DNA from: Candidatus Hermodarchaeota archaeon | GTDB lineage: Archaea > Asgardarchaeota > Lokiarchaeia > Sigyniarchaeales > SOKP01 | DNA: 64,000 nucleotides | Reading direction: 5' to 3' | Assembly (NCBI GenBank): GCA_048885525.1 | Contig: JBHLLP010000001.1 | Coordinates: forward strand, 97,227-161,226 | Shown: piece after piece, positions 41,584-51,709 of the stretch | Layout: each line of letters starts with the position of its first letter | Numbering within the stretch: position 1 is the first letter of the stretch | The notes under the pieces: generated by a model | What the model was told of the DNA's origin: nothing | Seen by the model: only the letters and a program-made list of their open reading frames with translations | The model's database searches: none | Translations under genes and position numbers: made by a program

Positions 41584-42816
41584 ATGATTGAAGACGCTAA
41601 CTCTCATCGTAAAACAAAACTTATTTTAGGAGTTTCTGTTCCTGTTTTTATAATGGGACTTGTTTCTTTTTTCACAGATGTCTCAAGCGAGATGATCCAG
41701 AGCATTTTACCATTATTTATTATAGATCTAGTAGAAACTAATCCTACATTTATTTTAGGGTTAATTTCAGGAATTACAACTGCTTTAGCCAATATTTTGA
41801 AAGGTATATCTGGTTGGATGAGTGATAAAATCAATAAAAGAAAACCATTCGTCGTAGCGGGATATTCTGTATCAAATCTTTCAAAACCTTTCATAGCTTT
41901 TAGCCCATCATGGGAATTTGTATTAGGATTAAAAGCAACTGATCGATTTGGTAAAGGCTTAAGAACATCTTCAAGAGATACACTTATATCATATTATGCT
42001 GTTGAGAAAGGAAAAGCTTTTGGAATTCATCGTGCAATGGATACATTAGGTGCTGTTGTTGGGTCTCTTATTGCTTTTTTATTTTTATTTTGGGCATGGA
42101 GTTATTCTGTAATTATATTTTTCTCAATCTTTCCTGGAATATGTGCAATTGTATTAATTCTTTTTATCAAAGATGTAGATCCTGCTAAAATAGATGAAAC
42201 AAAACTGAAATATCATGGTGAACTAAAAGTAGATAAAATTGATAGAAATTTTATTAAACTTATAATTATTCTTGGAGTGATTGAATTTGCTAGCTTGGAT
42301 ATCGCATTCCTTCAAGTTAGATCAAAAGATTATATTTTTTCTGGATTAATCTTTCTAATTCCTGTTTTCTATTTATTAACAAACATAATTTATATGGTTT
42401 TTTCACCTATAATGGGATCCTTATCTGACAAAATCGGACGAAAACCTATTATTGTTAGTGGACTATCAATACTTCTAGTTTCAACTATATTTTTAGCATT
42501 TCCAATTAAATCTTCTATTTTTTCTCTTATTATTATCGTAATTATTTACGCATTCTATGGTTTCTATTTAGCATCAGTAGATCCCATCTCAAGGGCATAT
42601 ATTGCAGACTTAGCGGGAAAAAATAAAAGAGGTCGAGCATATGGCTATTATTATCTCTCTGTTGGACTAATCTCACTAGGCGAATCATTAATTTTTGGGT
42701 TAATTTATGATTTATTCTCTTTTTTTTGGGCTTTTCTCTATATATCAATTCTATTATTTATATGTATTATAGTGTTTATTATAACAGATTTCTCAAAGAT
42801 TTTACAAAAGGAGTAA
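41584..42816 (+). CDS. MFS transporter
   Basis: SFFTDVSSEMI, DRFGKGLRT, HRAMDTLGA, SDKIGRKP. Confidence 0.92.
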   Translation: MIEDANSHRKTKLILGVSVPVFIMGLVSFFTDVSSEMIQSILPLFIIDLVETNPTFILGLISGITTALANILKGISGWMSDKINKRKPFVVAGYSVSNLSKPFIAFSPSWEFVLGLKATDRFGKGLRTSSRDTLISYYAVEKGKAFGIHRAMDTLGAVVGSLIAFLFLFWAWSYSVIIFFSIFPGICAIVLILFIKDVDPAKIDETKLKYHGELKVDKIDRNFIKLIIILGVIEFASLDIAFLQVRSKDYIFSGLIFLIPVFYLLTNIIYMVFSPIMGSLSDKIGRKPIIVSGLSILLVSTIFLAFPIKSSIFSLIIIVIIYAFYGFYLASVDPISRAYIADLAGKNKRGRAYGYYYLSVGLISLGESLIFGLIYDLFSFFWAFLYISILLFICIIVFIITDFSKILQKE

Positions 42817-42900
42817 TTATTCACTAAATTATGAATAGAAATAGAGTCTAACTAAATTTATATATGAATTAGATTATTGAATATTCTCGGTGATAAAAAT

Positions 42901-43686
42901 ATGAAAGAAGATTTTTGTCTTACTTCAAAGGATGTGGTTGAAGCAGCTATAAAATCATCAAAAAAAAAGATGGAAGATTTTAAAGTTGATCCTAACGTTA
43001 TGATTATATTTTCTGGAGCTTTATTAAATTATTTAAAAGAAAAAGCTAACTTAGAACAATCGGATTGGTTACTACCATTTCATCCATATGGCTCTGAAAA
43101 ATTGCATCGAGGTAAATATGAACACTTTTCTTTAACTGTAATTATTCCGCCAATGGGAGCTTCACCAATGGCTTCAGTAGCAGAAGATTTAATCTATTGT
43201 GGCGCAAAAGTTATTCTTCTTGTTTGTGGTTCATGGGGAATTGGTGAAAAAGTAGAATTACTTGATTATATTATACCTACTCACGGATTAGGACCAGATG
43301 GAACAAGTATACATTATGGAAGAAAAATAAATGAAGAAATTGAATTAAATAAAGAGATTATAAACACTTTTATAGAGGAAACAAAAAAAAGAACTAAAAA
43401 TTACCATATAGGGAAGAATTATTGTAAAGAAGCATTTTATAGGATTAATAAATCAGAAATTCATGAAATGCAAAAAAAAGGGTGTATTTCAATGGAAAAT
43501 GGTGAAATTAATGTTCTCTCAACAATTTGCAAACAAAATCAGATAAAATTTGGTGTAATTTTTTATAGCTATTATAATCCTCTTGAGGGGTGGAATATTT
43601 CTTGGAAGGATGACCGATATAAAGATTGTGTAGAACTTGAAGGAGAAATTGCATTATCTACATTGTCAAGAATAAATAGATCATAA
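42901..43686 (+). CDS. Nucleoside phosphorylase (PNP/UDP family)
   Basis: MGASP, GSWG, DGTSIHY, SMENGE; ATG 42901 preferred. Confidence 0.8.
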   Translation: MKEDFCLTSKDVVEAAIKSSKKKMEDFKVDPNVMIIFSGALLNYLKEKANLEQSDWLLPFHPYGSEKLHRGKYEHFSLTVIIPPMGASPMASVAEDLIYCGAKVILLVCGSWGIGEKVELLDYIIPTHGLGPDGTSIHYGRKINEEIELNKEIINTFIEETKKRTKNYHIGKNYCKEAFYRINKSEIHEMQKKGCISMENGEINVLSTICKQNQIKFGVIFYSYYNPLEGWNISWKDDRYKDCVELEGEIALSTLSRINRS

Positions 43687-43700
43687 ATAAGGTATAATTT

Positions 43701-44963
43701 TTATTTATATTGTGTCCATAAGTGAGCTAGATATATCAAAACTTCAGCTGCTTTTTGTAGAGCTAAAGATGGAATATATTCTTTTCTAGAATGAAATAAT
43801 TGACCTCCCGTGAAGATATTTGGAGTTGGTATTCCATTAGCACTTAATCGAGCACCATCTGTACCTCCTCTAATAGCATGAACTTTAAGTTCTAACCCTG
43901 TCTTTTCAATTGCTTGTTTAGCTAGGTCAATAACTAATGGCTTTTTTTCTATATGTTTAAACATATTCAGGTATTGATGCGTGAAATTTAATTCAATTTT
44001 CAATCCAGGATATCGAATTTCATAAGCATACTTTAAACTCTTTAAATACTCCATACGTCTTTGGTTATTCTTTAATTCAAAATCTCTAATTATCATTCTT
44101 GCTGTAGCCTCTTCTGCTTTTCCTTGCAATTTAGATAAATGATAATAACCTTCCCTTTCCTCAGTACTTTCTGGAGCTTCAGATTCGGGGAGTTCACTAA
44201 AAAACCTACAGGCGATTTGTATTGCATTGATCATTTTATTTTTGGCATGTCCAGGATGAACACTTAAACCTTTAAACTTAAACTCAGCTCTCCACGCATC
44301 AAAACATTCGAATTCTAGTTCACCCATTTCCCCACCATCTACAGTATAACATATTTTGGGTATTTTACGCTGATTAATTTTTTCAATCCCTAAACCAATT
44401 TCCTCATCTGGAGTAAAACATATAAATATTGGGCCATGTTTTAGTTCAGGATATTTTTGCCAAGCAGCACAAGCAGCTATAATTTCAGCAATCCCTGCTT
44501 TATCATCTGACCCTAATAAAGTATCTCCTTCAGAGGTTATAATATCAAGACCACAATATTCTTCTAAATTAGGGGAATCTTCAACACTTAAAACTAATTC
44601 TTTATCTTGGACGTATTTTATTTCTTTTCCATCATAATTTTTATGAATAATAGGCTTTACATCTTTTCCACTTACTGCTGGAGATGTATCAATATGAGCT
44701 AATAACCCTATAGGCTGAACTTTTTCAAAACCTTTACTCGGTCCTAGATATGCATAGACAAACCCAAATTCATCTTGACTTATGTTTTCTAGGTTTAATT
44801 CTTTTAGTTCTTCAACCAACAATTTTCCTAACTCTAACTGATTTTTTGTTGATGGGACATTTTTTGCATTCTCATCTGAAGTTGTCCATATTTTCACATA
44901 ACGTAAAAATCGTTCTAATGCATCATTTAGCAAAAATTCTTGGATGTCTTTTGTAAGTTCCAT
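43701..44963 (-). CDS. pepT: Peptidase T (M20B tripeptidase)
   Basis: AHIDTSP, LGSDDKAG, FTPDEEIG, VHPGHAK, IRGGTDG, FHSRKE. Confidence 0.96.
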   Translation of the reverse strand: MELTKDIQEFLLNDALERFLRYVKIWTTSDENAKNVPSTKNQLELGKLLVEELKELNLENISQDEFGFVYAYLGPSKGFEKVQPIGLLAHIDTSPAVSGKDVKPIIHKNYDGKEIKYVQDKELVLSVEDSPNLEEYCGLDIITSEGDTLLGSDDKAGIAEIIAACAAWQKYPELKHGPIFICFTPDEEIGLGIEKINQRKIPKICYTVDGGEMGELEFECFDAWRAEFKFKGLSVHPGHAKNKMINAIQIACRFFSELPESEAPESTEEREGYYHLSKLQGKAEEATARMIIRDFELKNNQRRMEYLKSLKYAYEIRYPGLKIELNFTHQYLNMFKHIEKKPLVIDLAKQAIEKTGLELKVHAIRGGTDGARLSANGIPTPNIFTGGQLFHSRKEYIPSLALQKAAEVLIYLAHLWTQYK

Positions 44964-45023
44964 ATCAATGAAAATTATCCTTAAATTTTAAAGTTAAATG
45001 ATCTCTTAAAAAAAAATGAAAAA

Positions 45024-45824
45024 TCATCGGCCTTTGAATTTTGGATCTCTTTTTTTCATAAAAGATTTCATTCCTTCTCCAAAATCGTAAGTTCTTATAT
45101 TTTTACAATATAACCTAAACTCATTTTGTAAAGATGGAAATAGCTCATTAAATTGAGAAAAGTTCAACATTGCCTTATTATACCCTAAACATTTCGTAGG
45201 CATCTCTGCAATATTTCTTACAAAATCACATGATTTTTTTTCAAATTCCTCTAACGGAAAAACCCTGTTTACTAAACCAATATCCAAAGCTTCGTTTGCA
45301 TCAAGATGACATCCAGTCAAAATTATATCCGTTGCTCTTCCAAAACCAACAATTCTAGGAAGAAACCAACTTGCCCCACTTAAAATGCAATGAGCTCTGT
45401 TGGTACGATGATCTCCAATTTTCAAATTCTCTGCTGCTAATCGAAAATCACATGCAAGTGCGATATCAAATCCTGCACCTAAACAATATCCTTTTAATAA
45501 AGCAATCACTGGTTTTTGTATTTCCCGTATTAAAAGCACAACCTTATGATGGGGCATACGTGAGCCATCTTCTAATGGTGTGAATTTAACTCCTTCAGGT
45601 CCCATACTATTCATATCATCACCAGAGCAAAAATTCTCACCGCTTCCTTCAATTATAATTGCTCGAACATTTTTATCCTTTTTAATAGATTCCAATACTT
45701 CAACAATCTCCATTAATAATGGGTATTGCAGAGCATTTAATCTTTCTGGACGGTTAAGGGTAATAATACAAATGCCTTCTTCAATTTTATACAATATATA
45801 CTTAAATTTTTTTTCTGAAATCAT
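45024..45824 (-). CDS. Crotonase-family protein with atypical catalytic region
   Basis: LNRPERLNAL, FCSGDD, GYCLGAGFDIALACD. Confidence 0.88.
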   Translation of the reverse strand: MISEKKFKYILYKIEEGICIITLNRPERLNALQYPLLMEIVEVLESIKKDKNVRAIIIEGSGENFCSGDDMNSMGPEGVKFTPLEDGSRMPHHKVVLLIREIQKPVIALLKGYCLGAGFDIALACDFRLAAENLKIGDHRTNRAHCILSGASWFLPRIVGFGRATDIILTGCHLDANEALDIGLVNRVFPLEEFEKKSCDFVRNIAEMPTKCLGYNKAMLNFSQFNELFPSLQNEFRLYCKNIRTYDFGEGMKSFMKKRDPKFKGR

Positions 45825-45976
45825 CTTTCTCTCCTAATTACAAATTAGTTTATTCTTTGTAATATAGATCTATGAAGTATTACTCATAAGTATATTAGGG
45901 AGATTGGCTAAATAATTGTAAAATATTAACATTTATAATACCATTATTTTACAAAAAAGAAAGAAAATTAAGGATA

Positions 45977-46654
45977 CTACCAAATTTCGAATTTTTCATC
46001 AATCTTAGGCCCAAAAACTATTAAATAAGGGACTGCTAAATCAAAAACGCTTTGCCAAGCATTTATTAATGGGAATCCAATCATAACGGCTGTTATTCCT
46101 GTGATCTCTGGATGCCCTAAAAACTCTAAATTTACATAAGCAATAAAAGGGGCGTAAATAGTTAAGGCAAGGATATAATTTAAGAGTAATGTGACAATTA
46201 CTCTAAGTCCAGTCCCTAAAGTGCCATGAATAATGTAGTTTTTGGGCTTTTTTATAATCTGACTTTTTCTTATTCCTACTTCTTTCTTATATAATTTTAA
46301 AAATAATATTGGAACAATAATCAATGATATTGTTGCTGCGAATTTCATCAAGGGACCCCAAGGTGCATTTGCTAGATCAGCGAACATAAGAGTAACAGTA
46401 CCGATAATGCTGCAAAGTAAACCAGACCTAACTCCAAATATTAAAAAGCAAGTTATCCAAATAAATGAAACTGGATCCAAATAAGCTATAGGCATTCCTG
46501 GAACTCTAGGCAAATAAGGGGCAGTAAATACACTTAAAATTGTAGAAAGAGCTCCAAAGATAGCAGCTCCCGCGATTTCTAAAGTATATAAAGTCTTTCC
46601 TGATAACTTTGCTTCTATTTCTTCAATACTTTTAGTTTCAGACATTTTTAACAA
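45977..46654 (-). CDS. ECF-transporter S-component-like membrane protein
   Basis: AIFGALS, YLDPVSF, GPLMKFAAT, ~6 TM. Confidence 0.7.
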   Translation of the reverse strand: MLKMSETKSIEEIEAKLSGKTLYTLEIAGAAIFGALSTILSVFTAPYLPRVPGMPIAYLDPVSFIWITCFLIFGVRSGLLCSIIGTVTLMFADLANAPWGPLMKFAATISLIIVPILFLKLYKKEVGIRKSQIIKKPKNYIIHGTLGTGLRVIVTLLLNYILALTIYAPFIAYVNLEFLGHPEITGITAVMIGFPLINAWQSVFDLAVPYLIVFGPKIDEKFEIW

Positions 46655-46886
46655 TTATAAATTTATATTCTTAGGATAAAGAGTTTTATCATATTTAAAA
46701 TATTTTAGGTAATTCATAATTATGAATTTTGAGTTAGTAAGGAGATTATAAATCTAAAAAGAACGGACAATTGTAAAAAAAATTAATAAACTTGAATATC
46801 TGATTGGTTAAGTAATATTCTTTAATCTAATTTAAATTATATCTCAAAATTTTAAATTATTGTTCTACTCATTTTTGGAGACAAAA

Positions 46887-48242
46887 TTATTTTAACATTT
46901 TTTTTTCTTTTGCATCTAAATCGAGCCAATCACCAACATTTTTGAGCTGTTTTCTCGACTTTCCACATAAAGTTTTTAAAAAAGGAAGGAATTCTTGGAT
47001 GAAATCAATTTCAGAAATTTCATATTTTCTTTTAATCTTTTCAACAAATTCTTTTTCAATATTTGTTAAAGAAAAATAAGTTCCTGTTATATATCGTGGA
47101 AATACAACTCTTTGAAATCCTTTTGATAAAGGTGTATCTTTTCGCGATAAAACAACTCCGCCAGCAAACAGATCAAAAAAGTAGGGTAGTAGTCCCCAAT
47201 ATTGGGTAGTTTGAATTCTACCAAAAATCTCATCTGCTATTGAAAGATTCTCAAAAGCCTCAGTAAGGTCTCTATTTGATTTTATGAAAGTAAGGAGATT
47301 TTCATTTATCCATTTATACAAAAAGTTGTAATCAACATCAGATTTATCAGTCAAATTGCGAGCTTCTCTTAAAGAATTTATTTTAAATAAATCCCTAATT
47401 AATGTAAAAATCTCTTCCAAATTATCACGATGTAAACTTAAAATTAAATCCCTGAGATCCCCTTCTATCTTACCTTGACCAATTCCTTGAATATCGTTAA
47501 TTACTCCTCTTAAATCACCGCTATTTTTATCAATAATTAACTCTAAATCCTCATTTTTAAGATTGGTAATATTTTCCTTTTTCAGAATATTTTTTGCTAT
47601 CTTTATTACTTCATTTTTAGGTAAGGGATGAACCTCATATCTTTTAATCTTATTATATAATGGCTGAAGATTTGTTTTATATTCATTAGAACACATTATA
47701 ATGGGGAACTGTGTATTCTTAATTAACTCCATAACTGTCGGAATGGCCCCTCTATCTTGAACTCCATAAATACCATCAATTTCATCAATTAGAATTAACT
47801 TTTCTTTTGATTCAGTAATAAAATCCATGATTCCACGAGATTTTGTAGTTTCTCTTAATCTTTTTTCTAATGCGCTCCTCGTTCGTGTATCAGAAGCATT
47901 AGTTTCTATTACTTCCATATTAAAATCATTAGCAAGGGCATAAACTATGGATGTTTTTCCAATTCCAGGTGGACCTTCTAAAAGAATGGCAGCTTTATCA
48001 TAAGATATGTGTTGTTCTTCTTTTTGTTCTTTTTCAATAGTAGTTCTATTGAACTCTCGAATTAGTTTATTCTCTCTATTAATACGATTTCTCTCTTCAA
48101 AGAATTGGTTTAAAAAATTTGTTAATTCTTCATCTAACTTAACTCTTTCTCTACCATACCTCGCAGTGGGTAAAGCCATTTCTTTAATACTTTTAGGACG
48201 ATATTTCTCAACCCATGGAATATTTGAACCATTTTTTGACAT
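46887..48242 (-). CDS. rfcL: Replication factor C large subunit
   Basis: PWVEKYRP, GPPGIGKTS, NASDTR, LIDEIDG, GDLRGVIND. Confidence 0.93.
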   Translation of the reverse strand: MSKNGSNIPWVEKYRPKSIKEMALPTARYGRERVKLDEELTNFLNQFFEERNRINRENKLIREFNRTTIEKEQKEEQHISYDKAAILLEGPPGIGKTSIVYALANDFNMEVIETNASDTRTRSALEKRLRETTKSRGIMDFITESKEKLILIDEIDGIYGVQDRGAIPTVMELIKNTQFPIIMCSNEYKTNLQPLYNKIKRYEVHPLPKNEVIKIAKNILKKENITNLKNEDLELIIDKNSGDLRGVINDIQGIGQGKIEGDLRDLILSLHRDNLEEIFTLIRDLFKINSLREARNLTDKSDVDYNFLYKWINENLLTFIKSNRDLTEAFENLSIADEIFGRIQTTQYWGLLPYFFDLFAGGVVLSRKDTPLSKGFQRVVFPRYITGTYFSLTNIEKEFVEKIKRKYEISEIDFIQEFLPFLKTLCGKSRKQLKNVGDWLDLDAKEKKMLK

Positions 48243-48255
48243 TTACTTTACACAC

Positions 48256-49311
48256 CTACATGTACTCTGAAAACAGACAAATTTTTGACAAGAGAGCAGA
48301 TATTTGAATGTCAATATCTCTACTATCAAGTGTTCTGAAGTCAGAATCTGCAATTAAATTTATTAGTTTAATCTTAGTAAATGTACTTAGCGGTAATTTA
48401 TTGATTTCAATAAGTAAAAGTTTATATAATTCATGAGCACTAAATTTGTAATTCGAAAGGATTCTTCTTGCTAATTCCCGAGCTTTTGGAAAATCTCCTT
48501 TAAAAACTATTAATAAAAGACTTCTAATAAGATCGTTATGAAATTTCTGGGCGTTTTCATATAAATCTTCAATACTGATATTATTATCAGTTATACTACT
48601 TAACTGTAAGAGATCAATAGCTCGAGAGATTTTGCCATCCGAAATTCGATACAATATTTCAATACTTTCATCTGTTATTTCTAATGATTCTTTTTTAGCA
48701 ATTTCAAGAATCAAATTCCTAAATTCGTTTAATCTAACACGAGAAATTAAAATAATTTGGCATCTACTTACAATTGGATCAATAATACTTGAAATTTTAG
48801 TTGTAATTAAAATCATCCTGCAATTTGTGCCATAAATCTCCATTAATCTTCTAAAACCTTGTTGGTTTGAACCTAAGGCTTCAAAATTTTTCACAATTAA
48901 GATTTTAAATGGTGCTTCTCCTAATACTTTCAATTCAACAAAAGTTTTTACTTTAGCTTGAATAAAAGCTGGAGTAGTAATTCTTCTTCCAGCAATACTA
49001 CCAATTTTACTTGTAGAAACATACGTATCTGCTCTAACTTGTTTCCTTTCCTCCTCGGTTAAAGGAACATCAGCATAAACTAATTTAAAATTAGCATCAT
49101 AATCTTTGTTTAAAAATTCTTTCGAAAATAATTTAGCAATCATTGTTTTTCCAATGCCTTTCTCACCAAAAAATAATAAATGTGGAAAATTTTTTTGTTG
49201 AATTGCATACTTTAAAGTATCCTTAACCTTTTCTCTTCCACAAATTTCATCCAAATCTTTTGGATAATACTTTATTCGCCAAATAGGAATTTCTTCAGTC
49301 AAATTTACCAA
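48256..49311 (-). CDS. rfcS: Divergent second RFC small subunit (degenerate Walker B)
   Basis: WRIKYYP, PHLLFFGEKGIGKT, IVKNFE in place of DEAD, QQGFRRLME, IVSRC. Confidence 0.85.
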   Translation of the reverse strand: MVNLTEEIPIWRIKYYPKDLDEICGREKVKDTLKYAIQQKNFPHLLFFGEKGIGKTMIAKLFSKEFLNKDYDANFKLVYADVPLTEEERKQVRADTYVSTSKIGSIAGRRITTPAFIQAKVKTFVELKVLGEAPFKILIVKNFEALGSNQQGFRRLMEIYGTNCRMILITTKISSIIDPIVSRCQIILISRVRLNEFRNLILEIAKKESLEITDESIEILYRISDGKISRAIDLLQLSSITDNNISIEDLYENAQKFHNDLIRSLLLIVFKGDFPKARELARRILSNYKFSAHELYKLLLIEINKLPLSTFTKIKLINLIADSDFRTLDSRDIDIQISALLSKICLFSEYM

Positions 49312-49341
49312 CCCTCAAATCTAAGTTTTTTCAATTATTTC

Positions 49342-50307
49342 TTAAGTTTGAATATTTTCTATAATCATTGCTAAAAGAGCCGATATCTGCATTTGGTCAT
49401 CTGCCCCTTGACTTATTCGATAATCAATTTCTCCGATATATGTCCTTAATTGTATGAATTTTTTAGCTTCTATATTTAATGATGGTAAAACTTCTGAGAT
49501 TTGTCTTATGAAATTACGGCTGTCAAGAATATCAATCGAATCCATAAGTTTCCTCGAACCTAAAAAATCTTTATTTTTTAAAGCCAAAATTAGGTTTTCT
49601 AGAGTTTTTTTATCTAAAAATCCAGAGATTCTTAAAATCTCATCGATATCTAAATTATTTAGAAGTTCGAGAGCAACTGCCATCTGAAGAGTATTTATAG
49701 CTTTTCTTAAATCTCCTCCCGAAATAAAATATAATTGATCAAAGAATTGCTCAGCTTTATCAGATGGAATTTTCAATTTTTCGTTATCAATAATATATTT
49801 TAATCTCTCTATTATCTTTTCTTTTGGCAGATTTACAAATCTAAATACAGCACATCTACTTACAATTGGATCTATTATTCTATTTATATAATTGCATAAT
49901 AGTATGAATTTTATATTATTTGATGCCTTCTCAATAATTCTTCTAAGAGCTTGCTGGACTTGTCCTGGAATATTATCAGCTTCATCCAGAATAACAAATT
50001 TTAAGGTTCCATCTTTTACTAAACTTTGATTAACAAAATTCTTGAGAACATTTCTCACAAAATCTATTCTTACAGTATCAGAAGCATTTAATTCCAAAAG
50101 ATTTGTGTCAAACTCTTCCTCTTTAAGAAAATGCTTTGTTATTATCAAAGCAGTACTGGTTTTTCCGGTTCCTGCAGGCCCAGTAAATATCAAGTGAGGT
50201 ATATTTGTACTCCTTACGAATTTTTTAAGATTATTTATAGCAATACTTTGACTTAGAATTTCATCAAATATTCTGGGGCGATATTTTTCTGTCCAAACGT
50301 CTAACAT
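49342..50307 (-). CDS. rfcS: Replication factor C small subunit (canonical)
   Basis: WTEKYRP, GPAGTGKT, LELNASD, LDEAD, QQALRR, SRC, GDLRKAIN. Confidence 0.95.
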   Translation of the reverse strand: MLDVWTEKYRPRIFDEILSQSIAINNLKKFVRSTNIPHLIFTGPAGTGKTSTALIITKHFLKEEEFDTNLLELNASDTVRIDFVRNVLKNFVNQSLVKDGTLKFVILDEADNIPGQVQQALRRIIEKASNNIKFILLCNYINRIIDPIVSRCAVFRFVNLPKEKIIERLKYIIDNEKLKIPSDKAEQFFDQLYFISGGDLRKAINTLQMAVALELLNNLDIDEILRISGFLDKKTLENLILALKNKDFLGSRKLMDSIDILDSRNFIRQISEVLPSLNIEAKKFIQLRTYIGEIDYRISQGADDQMQISALLAMIIENIQT

Positions 50308-50337
50308 TTCAGTAATCCTAATGATTTTATCAATAAC

Positions 50338-50811
50338 TTAATCTTTAAAGTCTTTATCTGTTAGATCTAACTCCAAAACTTCATAAACTTTTTTAAAATT
50401 TAAATTTTTATAGAGTTTAGACGCTTCTACTGCCTTTTCCTTAATATTTACTTTAATTTTTTCTACTTTGATCTTCTTCAAATGCTCTAAAGCTTTTTCT
50501 AACATAAGGTTTCCTACACCTTTCTTTCTATACTGTTCCTTTAGAAAAAACTGCTTAATATAACCTTCCGAAGATCCAAAAGGATCTATTCGAAGTTCTG
50601 CAATAATCATTCCAATTACATCATTAGATTCTTCATCTATAGCTATAAGTATACCGTGACGCTGAAGCGGATCGAAAAGACGACGTCGAATTCCCCAATC
50701 AAAACGTTTAGGATCAAATTTTTGCCCCAAACCCTCAACCAATTGTTTAGTTAAATCTTTTAAATTCTCAATTTGCTCTGGAGAAGCGATTTCAACTTTA
50801 ATATTGCTCAT
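50338..50811 (-). CDS. GNAT-family N-acetyltransferase
   Basis: Acetyl-CoA motif A QYRKKGVG; LYKNLNF. Confidence 0.9.
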   Translation of the reverse strand: MSNIKVEIASPEQIENLKDLTKQLVEGLGQKFDPKRFDWGIRRRLFDPLQRHGILIAIDEESNDVIGMIIAELRIDPFGSSEGYIKQFFLKEQYRKKGVGNLMLEKALEHLKKIKVEKIKVNIKEKAVEASKLYKNLNFKKVYEVLELDLTDKDFKD

Positions 50812-50872
50812 GCTAAACCATCATAGTATTTTTAAAAAATTAAGAAAAAATTATCTTTAAAAAACAAAAATG

Positions 50873-51157
50873 TTAGAAATGGCGAGCAGATGTTCCATCC
50901 CATGCCCGGACACTTTCATTTACCCATCCACATTTAGGACATTTGTCTGGAAGTTCCCAACTTTCAAGAGCCGGGTGTATACGACAATATAGACTTCCAC
51001 AATTCTCACATACCAAATATTTAGCTCCACAGCCCGAACACATTTTTAGTTGACCCTGTTCTACAAAAGGAAAAGCTCTTCGCATCCATTCATCATGGGC
51101 GAGATTAAAGTTACCTTTTCCACATACTATACAATGAACTCCATTTTCTTCAGACAT
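50873..51157 (-). CDS. Multi-zinc-ribbon protein (94 aa)
   Basis: CIVC, CSGC, CENC, CRIH, CPKC. Confidence 0.8.
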   Translation of the reverse strand: MSEENGVHCIVCGKGNFNLAHDEWMRRAFPFVEQGQLKMCSGCGAKYLVCENCGSLYCRIHPALESWELPDKCPKCGWVNESVRAWDGTSARHF

Positions 51158-51363
51158 TTCTCTAATTCAACTCTAAATTTTAATTATTATTTGAATTTGA
51201 TATCCTTTTTCTTAATTTATAAGATTAAATTAATTTAAATCTTTATTTTTTCTGTATAGAATATTAAAGTAATAATAAATCTCTAAATAAAATATTTTTC
51301 TTAAAATTAGAGAAAATTGAAAAATAAATTATAACTTAAAGAAATATAGAAAATTTTGTATAT

Positions 51364-51687
51364 TTACATTTTTAATTTCTTTGACCTTCCAGTGCTATTT
51401 ATTTCAGGATTAACCGCTTCAACATTTTGAATTAATGTGTATATCGCATCTTCCTCTAAAGCCTCTTTAAAAGCAAGATACATTTCCTTACTTCCAATAA
51501 ATAATCCCTTTCTTTTCATAGGGCTACCATCACTTTTGAGAGGGTTTATTTCTATAAATAGTAAAGCAGGTCTTGTTTTTGTTTCAGGAACCTTAACTAC
51601 AAATACACCTGGTATTGGAGTCTCCATTTTTTCCCAATCTTTCCCATTTTTCAAGTGATCTTTTAATTGTGCTTGAATATCTGCCAT
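51364..51687 (-). CDS. Conserved hypothetical protein, possibly PC4-like ssDNA-binding fold
   Basis: Beta strands followed by GSPMKRKGLFI and an amphipathic helix. Confidence 0.65.
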   Translation of the reverse strand: MADIQAQLKDHLKNGKDWEKMETPIPGVFVVKVPETKTRPALLFIEINPLKSDGSPMKRKGLFIGSKEMYLAFKEALEEDAIYTLIQNVEAVNPEINSTGRSKKLKM

Positions 51688-51709
51688 TTTTATTCATATC
51701 AATTTTGCA

